A DNA stretch of 64,000 nucleotides, taken from contig CM119378.1 of NCBI GenBank assembly GCA_051294905.1, forward strand, positions 682,001 through 746,000, written 5' to 3'. The notes beneath the pieces were generated by a model. It had not been told where the DNA came from. It searched no databases and saw only the letters and a program-made list of their open reading frames with translations. The position numbers and the translations under genes are program-made. This document shows positions 36,855-49,400 of the stretch, piece after piece. Source of the stretch: Botryllus schlosseri (taxonomy: Eukaryota). Within the stretch, counting starts at the first letter, position 1, and each line of letters opens with the position of its first letter.

Positions 36855-38036
36855 ATGTAGAATATGCTACATAAAATGTTTAACAAATGCGTCTATTCCC
36901 CACCAGAAACCATTGAATTCCCCACTGCTCTAGAAGTCGATCAATATTTAAATTTTCGGAATCAGCGCGACAATTTCATTCGAATAATATTAGTGATGAT
37001 AAATTCTAAGGTATTTACGATGAGTTATGCCCTATGACAGGTGAGGCTTGACCTGTCCGTGCCTCATCTGAGCCTTAACTCTCCTTTCGCGCTTTATTTT
37101 CAAACAATATATATGAAAATTCCTTGATTTTGAGAATAGAAATGTTTAAAATCTAATCATTCATAAACATCGATAAAAAGTAATCATTGGGTTTCACAAT
37201 TTTCCCTCGCTCATCCCTGACGACATGTGAGGCACTGCCTCACTTGCCTCCACTTACGCCACGTCACTGACGTATCACACCCTGCAGTGCGTATGTACAC
37301 TGCGCCCTGCGCATCCATATATTAGTGCTACCAACACCTCACGAAATTTCAATTGTGACGTAACAGTTGATCGACAGTTGATTGCAACAGATCCTGTTCA
37401 ATAAGGCAGTCAAATTGGTTTTATGCTCGCCAACGTCACCAGTTATATATAGTGATTTACTTTTGGCTCTCTGTCGCACGCATTACAATATCAGCATCAT
37501 GTACGCGTGCAAGCTGTAAAGTTATTGTAAGTTAACACAACAATTACCGCGCTTCACGAATTGTGTAAATCATATTCCATTCAAATATCCGTGATTTCAG
37601 TAGTATGTTTAATTATAATGACGTCAATTAGCATGCGCTCGGCGTGAATACCAAGCTCGTCGATTAAAGGTCTCGAGACGCGATTGCATTTACGGCCTGT
37701 AACAAAGGTAGTCTTGTAACGTGAATGTATAAAATATCCTACAGTTCGCCCTCGATTCCGAACTCTGCCAGATCAGTAGAAAGGATTGTCTTGTCCGATA
37801 TATGCTATAGTGACAGCAGCGACTAGTCTTTTAGTACAGACTCAGAGTCACGTTGTGAAAATTCCAAACTCTTCATGCCAAGAACGGTAACGTTTTAGGT
37901 GATCGATCGAAGTCAGACGATGCAAAAGCAAAACTAGAAACTACTTTGCAAGCAGAGCGGAATCAAATTCATTTGCAATGTTGCTTTTATAGAATGGGTT
38001 CGGGATAGCGATTTTTATTACTTTGGCTCTAAAGCG

Positions 38037-41000
38037 ATGCATTTCGTGTATGTCACGTTGCTCGCAACAATACAATATTGTGTCAGTGTCGCTGAGGCCC
38101 AGTGTAGCGTGTGGAGCAAATCAGTGACGTCAGCCAGCGGGAAAATATCTTCATACGAATGTCGTCGTAGCGTGAAGTGTGTCGAATGCCGCTGGCTTTT
38201 CCCTGGAATTCCTTCTGAAGACAAAACTCTGATTCTGAACATGACAAGGAAGCCGTACTTTGATGTCAGAATGAACGGTAGGTTCATGTGAGTGACTGCC
38301 AGACTTTGTACTGACTACTGGATCTACAAAACTCGCTACTATAACTAGAACTAACGACCTTTCAAAATCCGCAGAAACTAACTAAAACAAAATTAAGTAA
38401 TTCCTGATGTTTCGAATTACTGAATTTCAAATGAATTAAGAAAATCTGAAGTTAAAATCGGCGTTTCAAAAGGACGGGGTTTCGAGTTTGAAATGGAAGC
38501 GGGCTCGATCCCCAAACCCTTCCCCCTGGCTGCGCCACTGTTAGTATACTTATGACTCTGAGCTAGCAATGGCTGCAAGAACATCACAAAACAGAACACC
38601 GGTACCGCGATTCACGCCGAACAACGACACTTGTTTTCTAATTAATATCATTGGGTTATATTTTTCATCTGAACAAGTCACACACAATGTACAATGCGAT
38701 AAGACACAATGCGATGTCATGAACAGATAGGAGGATGTCGAACGACACGCATCAGGAGTTGATTTACAATTACTTTTTTAAAACACTACTAGAACTAGTA
38801 CAAGTTTAAAAATTCTATAGAAGGCCTACTTAGTTGAACCTCAACTAACTAGATTGGTAGTTAGTACAAATCTGGTTGCGAACGACCGAAGTTTAGCATC
38901 GATCTTTGCAGGAGACAACTTCATTGATGACGACACAATCAAGTGCAAGATTCTAGAGAAGAAAAGCAGGTCCGTTGACGGTGAGAATCTCTTTTGAGTG
39001 TCGGCGGTTATCGGTTCGGTGGTGTCGAATCAATGTCACACATTGAAAAAAATATCGGTATCGACCATGAGAGAAAAAATATCGAAAACTTTCGTGGCAC
39101 CACTACAGCGATACAAAGGACAGTAATCTTTGAATAGGAAACTGGGAGTATTGATCCATTTCTTATAGTTTTCAAGTTTGCAAGTGTAGCTTTTCTAGCT
39201 TATTTTAAGTTCAAGTTACAACAATGGATCTAAAGCTGTTCACATCAATGCTATGGAGTTTTTAAAATGCGCCCTATAAGCTAAATGCCACATCTTTGAT
39301 CTGCTGAATATGTCACCGTTGAGGTGCTAGTCAGCTAGTTATCGTTGTAGGCTCAAACATCCGCAACAAAAACGACTCTAGTTATGACGCAGAGAAACAT
39401 ACAATTGTAATGATTAACAGTATAAGCAGTCACTGTTACAAACATGGAAATCGTAACGCCGAGATGATCTCTCTTGTTTTTAGATCCGCAAGAGCTCAGC
39501 GAGATGACGCTGCTGCACTCTCGCTATCCTGGCTGTAAAGTCAGGTCTGGCGTTCAGGGTCCCGTGGTTCTGTCTTACACTTCTCGAGACCCAGACCTGC
39601 CTTTCGAGATCGAGTATCGCTTTATCATGACCACATCCACGTCATCGCCCGCGGTCACGTCACGCCACGACACGACACCCACGGCTACAGACTTTATTGA
39701 CAGCACAACTGCAACTACGGATTCTCAGACGTCTGCAGTTTTGTCTTCAGCAGTTCCTGTGTCGAGCGGCTTCGTGACAAATCACAAAAACAGTGGGTGA
39801 CCGTTATAGTGCTGCACGTTCATGATCGTTGTGAGGAGGTACTGTGATTGCTCGGAACAACGCATATTTCAGTCGTTTTGGGGTTGTTCCAGTGATCTGA
39901 CGAAAGTTTAATCTATATTTTACCAAATAGTGCGAAAGTAGCTATCGGTTAGGACCGTCTTCATTTAATATTGCGCTGGGGTCGCCAGTTAAGGATTACC
40001 AATAATGCTGGAGCTGGGGGTTAAACTATAGTTTTCTAACTTATATGGAGCTTATGGTAGTTGTGTTGTGCCCACTCATTGTTCGGAACAGTGCGGACTT
40101 GAGGGTTTCCAGTGCTCTGCTGTATTTTCTGAATTAGCACGACGGTAGCTTGCGATTAAGACAGCGTTGTGTTGCATCTTGCGCTCGGATCGCCTAATAG
40201 GTCTGCAGGTTTACCAAAAACGCGGCCTTCGCACAGCGCGTATCATTTTCATTCGTCTAACATTCATTTAACTTCATATTGCGTCTTCATCCACTGGTTA
40301 GCGATCTATAGTTGAACCATGTCTAATCAAGTCAAATCTTTATGTCAAAGCTTAAAATCTCTAGTTAAAACTCATTGGAATTAACAAGCCACGTTGAATT
40401 GACCATACTTGCGTAAATAACTAAAACAATCTCCGTTACTATTCGTACTGCCTTTGCGGGTTACAGTGTCCGAACCAGATTTTAATTCATAATTTCCAAA
40501 TATGTGCGACAGTGTCTTTTGATTTCTCTAATATTTTTCAGTCCGATATCCAACTATAGGTTTGACAAAATGGCTGCATCGGGCCTGCACTCTTAGCGAA
40601 AAGAGTGTGTATTTCCACCCGTTTACCACCCCTGACAGACGACCTCAGACTTATACCGCGGTATAGACAGAAGTGGTCAAAGTACTCAAGAAAGCTACTC
40701 AAGTAGAAGTAGATGTAGTACTTTTCATAGGAACCTAAAACTACTTCAAGTATAAGTAAAATTTACTGGCATTAAATCTACTCAAGTAAGTAAGTAAGTA
40801 GTAAGTAAGTAGTTGTGAAAACAGTCATAATACGTTCGTGTGGACTGTCAAAAGCTGCAAATTGAGGTATCACTTTTAGACAGCATAAGCATTCGACCGC
40901 ATCATTGGATATATATGACAGTTTTGCTATGGAAAAGCGATGCTAATCTTTTGTTTACTTGAATATCCCGTTTCAAAAATGCCATGATACGGTGCCCTCC

Positions 41001-44000
41001 TCCGCATTATAAGGGTTGTAGTTCAGACGAAGAGCAATACGGATAAATTATATCGTTTAGTGTGTTAACATTTTGCGCGATTAGTATACGGTTATAAAAA
41101 TATGGCGAATCGTAAAATTGCCATATATTGCTACTTTATTTCTGGAAAATAGAGGCAATACAACACTTGGTTTTAAACTTCAACATGTAGGGTATGTTCT
41201 CCAGACAGAGGAACTGAATTTAATTGGAAGAACTCAAAGTAATGATATTGCAACTTGAGAGAATACGAACACAATTTCTAAAAAGCGAAAATATTCCATG
41301 TCTTTTGTACAGAAAGTCTCAACGGTAGTCTGCTAAAACAGGTCCACCGCTACAAAACGTCAGACGCCACTTTGCCAGATTAGGACACGCCATATGTGCT
41401 GCTATATTACGAAATGATGGGTAGGTGCTGAATTGAGAAACGGTTTTTCTTTTGATGATCCATATTTACTGTGATGAAACATGTCATATGGAGGACAATG
41501 CGGTGCGAACGGAAACACGCAACCCGCTACCCAAATTATGTTCACCGTTCGTGGAAACATTGCGAAGCGCGAAGAAAATTTAGTGCTTCACTCAAGTTTT
41601 GTGAAAATTAAATTCGTGTAGGTACTCCGTGAAAACAGCCCTGAAATTCCTGAGTTATTCCTCTAATTTGAGGAATATAATACTTCTACTTTACAAACTG
41701 AAAATAGCGAAAAGTAAGTAGTAAATCACAAAATATTACGAAATAAAAGTAGTGGAAAATATATTTACTTGAGTCGGTACTACAAGTAGCGAAAAACTAC
41801 TTGAGTACTACAAAAGTAGAAATATTTCGTTACTGACCTCCTTTGGGTATATATATCCGGCACATTTTAATCCAAATTGTGCATGTACGCAGGAATGTAG
41901 GATTTATGACCGCGATATAATTATGAGTTAGGTTCTCTTTTCGTGTAACACCCTTTCCGGCCATGGGGGGGGGGGGTGAATACACACTGTCTTAGCTGGG
42001 AGTGTACGCAGCAGTAAACAACATGACATGCCGTTCCATTTCTTGTCGCTTTCTTTTTCTATACTATCTTCTTTACTTTTCATTCAGTGTACATGCCTCC
42101 TCTTTACATCGCCTAGGTCAAGATGGGTGCCTGATTCCATAGACTACTCCAAGTCGCTACGACACCTACCTGTCTTTTCATTGTATCGCGTTTTTGTGGT
42201 GTATTGAACTGATAAAAATTGCTAATAAACCAATGATGATGAACAACAACAGAGTATAGGCCTATTCATGCGTGATGACTGGAGTTGTGTATCTACTATC
42301 TATCGACTAGGGTGGTTCAAAAATAACCTTTTTTCCTGAATCTTGCAGGTTACTTGATTAAATCGTTAGGTTGCCTTAAAAAACGACGCACACCAAATTT
42401 GAATTCATTCCAACCAATATTCGCGGATTTCGTAGAGTTTGAAAATTTTGAATTTGCCTAAAAATGCAAAAAAAAATTTTCCTTCCAACCTTATGAAATT
42501 GTTGCGCTGTCTTCAAAAACGATGGAAAACAAATTTGACTCAATTCCAAGCTGCAGAAGCGGAGTTATTCAAGTTTTTTGATGATAATTCTGAGATGATC
42601 CACCAATCAAGGATAATCCCAGAATTATCAAAGAAAAACTGAAATAACTCCACTTCTACGGCTTCGAATTGAGTCAAAATTGTTTTGCATCGTTTTCGAA
42701 GACAGCGCAAATATTTCATGGGGTTGGCAGAAAAATTTGAAATTTTTTTTTTTTGCATTTTTAGGCAAATTCAAAATTTTCAAACTCTACGAAATCCGCG
42801 AATATTGGTTGGAATGAATTCAAATTTGGTGTGCGTCGTTTTTTAAGGCAACCTAACGATTTAATCAAGTAACCCGCAAGATTCAGGAAAAAAGGTTATT
42901 TTTGAACAGCCCTAATCGACACGTTAGCTATATATGGTTGAATCTGGTTGATGTTAATACTTAACCGCCACCCTGATTGACTGTATATAACTATGTAAAC
43001 AACGAATCAAATCCCAATTTTACGGTTGCTGACAATTTAATAACAAGACTCTTGTTCTCCAGCAGGTTCTAGCCTCACAGGTACCACGACAACACCCGTG
43101 GTAAACAGCGCGTCGTTATCTCAATCTCTTGTGATCGCCATCGGGGCTGCATCGTTGGCTTTGCTGCTTCTCATCGGAGCGATCGTGATGTTGCTCGTGA
43201 TTCGAAGGAGGTGAATTATACCACACAGAACAGTGTTTATTACCCTTCTCTCTAGTGAGGACCTCTAAAAATGTCATTGGTTGGTTGCGTGAACCCCTAA
43301 AACCGCGGTGATCGCTTCCGGTCATGGCTTCATCATACAATTTGGTCTAGTTCAAGTTCAAGTTTATTCATAAAATTTCATCACTTCAAAACATCACAAG
43401 ACTGCAATACAATGAATGATCGGAACATGCCGAAACGACTAGGAATAGTCTTAAGATCGGAAACCACAATCAGTTGTTGTCTTAAATCAGCGCTATTGAA
43501 CTGAACTAGTTTTTTTTTGGGGGGGGGCGGGGGGGTCCGGGAAAGGGCAATGTTGAACTGCATCATCAAGAAAATCCAACACCTTGTTATTATCCTTCGG
43601 CAATGACGACGCGAGTTCGACTGTGACTACCTTATTTTGTCAATAATTAGCTTATTTTAGGCATGGGGTCGCCTAAATATAGTTAAGCTGGATGTGAAGG
43701 CCTTTTTGTTATATTTTAGTGATCGGATTCTGAAATTTCTAGGGTACGCACAACCGCCTACAAAGATTGAATTGGTTCGCGATAAAAAAAAGTTTACGAA
43801 CCCCTGACTGAAATGCTCGCTGAGGATTAAAAGTCATCACCTTCGCTTGTGACATTCGGTTGGTGCTAAAATTAAGACAAATATACTGGCGTAATTAAAA
43901 AATTAGAGCCTATATTGCAAGACAGGACAGACAACGTAGATCTATAGTTGTAGTTTCAACCTTTCATGAACCCCTCAAAACTATTCGCAAAGGGTTCATG

Positions 44001-44400
44001 GGAGGCAGTTTAAGAAACCCAGCAAAATGTCTGGATATTCCAATGCCAGCAGTGCTCAGGATTCAGCCATTCATGTCGTAATTTGCTTGATTTTGAAAAA
44101 TGATGTAATAACATCGACCCCGGGCCAAGATTAACTCTATCTTCAGTCCTAACACCATGCAGGAGAAAAGAGAGAAGTTCGGTCGCGGAGGAAAGAATGA
44201 ACAACTTGTATGAAGACGTACGACACGTCTCAATCGACAGTCGAAAAGACAAGGAAGAAGTCGTGAACCCCCTCTATACGGAATGGGGGACCTCTGACTC
44301 ACCCAATGTAACCAAACCGATTGAAGACCGCACTCCCCGGGGATCGTACGAGTATATCGACATCGGATTCAATAAAAGGGAAGCCAGATCGCCGTTGTGA
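38037..44400 (+). CDS. Receptor A: type I membrane protein, CUB-like domain + S/T stalk + Tyr-motif tail; exons 38037-38277, 38912-38980, 39484-39792, 43063-43210, 44163-44400 (334 aa)
   Basis: Manual assembly with all GT-AG junctions, frame kept open (1005 nt). Signal peptide MHFVYVTLLATIQYCVSVAEA; C...SASGKISS...ECRWLF...KTLIL...LSYTS....FEIEY; TM LVIAIGAASLALLLLIGAIVMLLVI-RRR; tail with LYEDV, NPLY, SYEYI. Confidence 0.8.
40668..41845. mobile_element. hAT-type MITE (AAGTA/TACT arrays) in receptor A intron 3
   Basis: Ends CAGAAGTGGTCAAAGTAC / TACTGACCTCCTTTG; TSD GGTATAGA/GGTATATA (7/8). Inverted family member at 59783-63108. Confidence 0.82.
42037..42243 (+). mobile_element. LINE 3'-UTR fragment with (GAT)n tail
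   Basis: Reverse complement of the 2796-3000 sequence; ends AATAAACCAATGATGATGA. Confidence 0.85.
42308..42914. mobile_element. Near-perfect palindromic (foldback-like) MITE with 6-bp TSD
   Basis: TAGGGTGGTTCAAAAATAACC.../...GGTTATTTTTGAACAGCCCTA; the arms stay complementary for well over 200 bp; flanks ATCGAC (42302-42307, 42915-42920). Confidence 0.9.
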
Positions 44401-44565
44401 CATCATACGAAAAAAATACGAATGAGTTTCCTCGCAAAATGAAGAGAAATGACAGAGCGATGTTCGAGTTTCGCCTGTAATTTAGCCAGCCAACCTCATT
44501 TATGCTTACAGAAGTTCGTTTATAATAATAGAACATTGAGATTACGCTAGCTGTTCACCTATATC

Positions 44566-45459
44566 CAGGCCGTGTTATTTTTGGCATTTCAGGAGCCAGA
44601 TGCCAAAACTGCCAAAAATAAAAATTTGAAAATGCCAAAAATAACCAATTTTTGGCATATGCCAAAAATAACACGGCATGCCAAATAGTGTGTTTCGTTC
44701 ATGGTGTTGTGTTAACAGGACCGAATTACAAGCGAGAAGAGCGTGTGTGAAGGGCAGGTATCTTACTATATGGGTCCAGCCCACCCATTAGGGAGAAAGC
44801 ATGGTGTCCTAAATGGTGTGGGCACAGCGAGATTGAACGGCTGACTGCACTTGGTTTACGTCATACTTTCTATTCGTCCAAAGGCAATTTTACGGCCATT
44901 TTCGACCAGCTTGCCAAGCGCTAAATTTGATAAAACGGGTATCAATGGAAAGCTTCCGCTGTACTGATTACTAGAATATAAATTGTATTCTGCTCATGAA
45001 TCTGGAACCCCCAAATTTCGTTGGGTGAAAAATTAATTCAGGAGAAACTTTGCTGACCTGAGTTTGGAAGCACTGTTACAGTGCAAACAATTTGAGTCTA
45101 TTCAGAAGCGGTAACAATCAGGTGTTTATCGTGTATGTTAGGCTTCTCATTCTTTTTGCCTATTGGCACCGATTCCGAATGGATACTGCACATTTTGTGG
45201 TTTCGTTTGATATTATGAACCTATGTAATCACTAGGTTTTTCCTTCTTATTGTTTGTTGGCACTGATTATTAGTGGATGCTGAACATTTTTTGGTCTCTT
45301 TTGATAAACTGACCCAAATAAAGCGTTTTTATGACTAATTCGAGTCTGAAAATATCTATTTAGAGGTCGATGCCAAAACTGCCAAAAATAAAAATTGAAA
45401 AATGCCAAAAATAAGCTATTTTTGGCAGTTTTGGCATATGCCAAAAATAACACGGCCTG
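44566..45459. mobile_element. Non-autonomous hAT-like element (CAGGCC-end group)
   Basis: TIR CAGGCCGTGTTATTTTTGGCAT; perfect TSD CCTATATC. Confidence 0.92.
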
Positions 45460-46431
45460 CCTATATCCATCGATTTTTATATACAGTGACGTCATGTTTA
45501 GTGATACAGCTATTGATATACAAAGTTTTTTGTTGAAATCTTTGCTATGTTGCTTGACGATTACCCCTGACTAGAGTCTGTCGAAAATATGCCGGTTTAT
45601 TTCAATTCGAAAATATTATTCGATCCTACAATTTACATTTATCAATTTCTTTGGTGTTCATATAAAGCTGCCATTTTGAAAGGTTTGTTTTTCAATGCAT
45701 GCCGTCATTCATGCAAAGGGTTTGGTGGCTGGGTGCTCAGGTTCAAAACCTCTGTGATGTAAGCTACAGGCTTCTGGTTTCCGTCACCAGTATTTGACAT
45801 TTGTGTCAAAATTTACCCGACAGTCCAAACTCAAACTAGTAGCGATAGCTTTCCGTGTTTGAATACCTGCACGACATAACGTTTTAACAACAACATTGCT
45901 CTGTTACGTGATAGTGCGTCAACACAGACAGGCTCGTATCGATCGGAGTCGTGACCTCGCTCGGTGCTTGTGACGCAGCAAAGAAGTTTATTCTTAGGTT
46001 TCCAATCGTTAATGAAATCTCCCTGTACGATGTCATGTAGCTACCGGACTTTGACAATTTTCACGAATGCTTTGACGAGATATCGCGTATCACATATCTC
46101 ACTTTGCTCAGGTTAGACATGTGATGTTTGGAGTCAAATCTTAGTTTGGGATCAGTTCGTTACCGTTTAGGGCAGGAATCTTTGCTGAATCCAGGCCTGA
46201 TTTCGGGAAGAACCTTTAGCAAAGTCACGTGATTCTTTGATCGGTCCAAGAAAGTGTCCGAGGTTGTCACGCAGTTATGATCAATACCGTTCGACTCCAA
46301 TCACTGTGACGTGCAGATTCGTAACAATCATTGTCAAACATATATTCTTCTGTGCAGGTGTAGGGTTGCGAAGACACTGTGGAACTTCATTGTTAGATAA
46401 CCATCGATACGTTTTTATGTAGCTGACAAAA

Positions 46432-49400
46432 ATGAAATTTGGATACGCGTGGATATCAGTGTTCGTGTGCGTGGGTGAGAATTATTTAACTTTCATTGTC
46501 AGAGATTCGAACTGAGGGACCACGGTCAGAAAGAATACGGATATGTTCAGTATTGAATCCGGACCTTATCTATCCCAGTATTTACAAAATCAAATCCGTT
46601 AACGTTAATTTGTAAAAACAAAGTGTCAGAAATGATAATTATCTCAATTCTCTTTGTTTTTGCTACGAGATATTGTATGAGCTGTCGAATCCGCCTAATT
46701 CGTACACCGGATAACCCAGACAGCCTCTTTATTCGGCCAAAATGCTCGGGAACGGAACAAGAGTAAAATTGCACTCCTAAACTCCGGTTAATTCGGACGA
46801 TTCTCTGCTTAATTCGGACGCAGGCTCGCAATTCCTATGGCTAGGTTATGATACAGTAAACAGTAATTTCCTTCGTTTTCAAGACAGGGGGCGAGTGATT
46901 GTAGTGAAATGGTGAAGATCCATACAGTAACGATCAACAATGAACTCATATGTGGCTGTGCCAGCTTCTGGAACATAATGATTATAAAACAGATTAAAAG
47001 CTTTTTACTTTCAATTCGTACTGTTATACCATGTTCTTCTATCAAGGGAGATACTATTTAAACCAGGGGTCACCAACACGCGGCCCGCGAGGTCATATTT
47101 TGGGGCCCGTGACATGATTTGAAATTTCGGAAGAACGCATTATAGTAAACCAGTTTGCAATGCTGGAATTGATTTCAGTTTAAACATATTGCTGTTGTTA
47201 TTCAAAGTAAGCTATTCTCCTGTGCCCAATATCACTAATCCTCGCTAGCTGATACCGCTTCGGCGATGGTAATATCATTCCATGGAGGACGAATTTGCTA
47301 ATATGAATGAGCATATTGCCTGGACGTGCGATGGCCCACCACTGCCAAGACCGATAGGCTTGAAAAACGACTTCGGGCTCCCCAAAAGATCAAGCTTTAC
47401 GAGGAGACAGTTTTCCAGCAAGTATCGTGTCTAGCTAACCCCATATCGATTCTTCAGTCCAAGGGTGGCCAATCTGTGGCAGTCTAAGGAAAATTATGCG
47501 GCCATCGACACTCAATTGAATTAGGATGTGTTGGCGGTCGTCAATATGTAAATTGAATTTACGACTGGACTCCCTAATAAATGAGAGATTTGAATTAGTC
47601 TTGAAATTTTATTCGCGCTAAGCGCGGTTCAGTGCTAGTTCAGTTTCGATTTTAATGTAGTAGTCTCCTTTGTAATCTGATCCCCACAGTACATATGCGA
47701 ACAACATAGGAAAATGATGCGCCCCATAAAGAAATACCAATTTTTAATCGTGTTCTCCTCATCACGAAGGAAACTTGTTTCTGGTAAGCCTACGTTTAGG
47801 TGAATCCAACATCTTTCCACTATACCGTCAATCCTGGTAAGAGGTCAAGACACAACAGCATACAACAAAGGAGACTAATAACAATTGGCCCACCCAGAGA
47901 TGCAGCACAGAATTAATAACTTCCCCAAATTTTCGAAGACACCTCCTGCATCAACTCTACCGGTGAATCTGATCATATGGACTGAGAGAGGATAAATATT
48001 TGATAGTATTATGTGAAACTACATTAATGTTAATGACGTAATTCACTCATGAATATGAACAAATTTTCGCGCTTTACGCGACTACAGAACGAATCCCTGT
48101 CCCTGTTCATAACATGACTACTCACGATTAGGGCTGGGCACAATGATTCGAGTACTCGAATCGGAATCGAGTATTATTTTTAATGATTCGAGTCGAGTAG
48201 TAAAAGACGAATTTTTCGAGTATTGAAATTATACCCTCCTCGCCACTGAAAGTTAATTTATCAAGTTTCGATACTGGTTTTCAGTGCTGAAGCCTTGAAA
48301 CCTGATTTTTCATATTGTAGCATACGAAATATATAGCACAAAGCTAGGAACATTACTGTAAATAGCACATTTCCGAAGTCATGATCATCCCACAGCATTA
48401 TCACCAAGTCCTATGAAATCGGTAAGGTCGAAAAAATACCAAATTATGTTTAAGGTGATGGATAACAGGCATTATTCTTTGTGGTAGCATAAAAGGTACA
48501 TATTTGAACTTTGACATATTACATTCTGTTATGACGTCACATTGACTGATACTCGATTACTCGACTCGAAGCATATTACGTGATTCAGAATCGAATCACT
48601 CAGGTACTCGATTTTGCCCAGCCCTACTCACGATGTCGGTGCGGCTAATAAGCCGATATGAGTAAATAGATTAGTCCGGAGTTCACCAACAATGGACATG
48701 GACTTGGGTAATCATAGTGGGGTTGAGTTGAACCACGCATCAATTAGAGACGGTCAAAAGTAGGAAGCGTGTTGACCAGAGTTGTCGGAAACCGAAAACA
48801 AAACCTGACAAATATAAACAGCAATATAGGTAAGCCTCTTAACTAATCAGTTATCAGTCTCAACTACAGCGTAAGAAGAGGTTTATCACTAGAGGTGACT
48901 CGAGTCGTCACTGGGAAAACTCATTTCACGTTTTTTACAGCGATGTTTTCCGCTTCATATTCGACTACGATTCGCGAGGAATTACGTTCGAGCGGGAGAT
49001 TGTTCGAATTGGACGAACAACAGAACTACGAATTCACGTTCCCGAACCATCCCAGTAACGTGACCGTACTTATCTTCAACATTACCCACATGTCGAACTT
49101 GAGACGAAACCTGAAATTTTATGGCAAGTCGAGATAGTGGCAGGGAGAGAGAGAAAGAGAGATTGTCTCTTAAAATGACTTAATTTTCAGGAGAAGTCTA
49201 TCCTTCCGGCGGAAAGCGATGCGCCATTTTCTATCAGAACAAGAACTGCCGCGAGTTATCACGTACGCAATACAGCAATTGCTTACGTAACAGAGGGGTC
49301 TATCGCAGTTCCTCCCTGGCGATCACGGTCGAGAAGATGGCGAACGATCAGGCGCTTGAGATCGAATATCGAATCGCCAACTGCGACACGGGTCGAAGCG

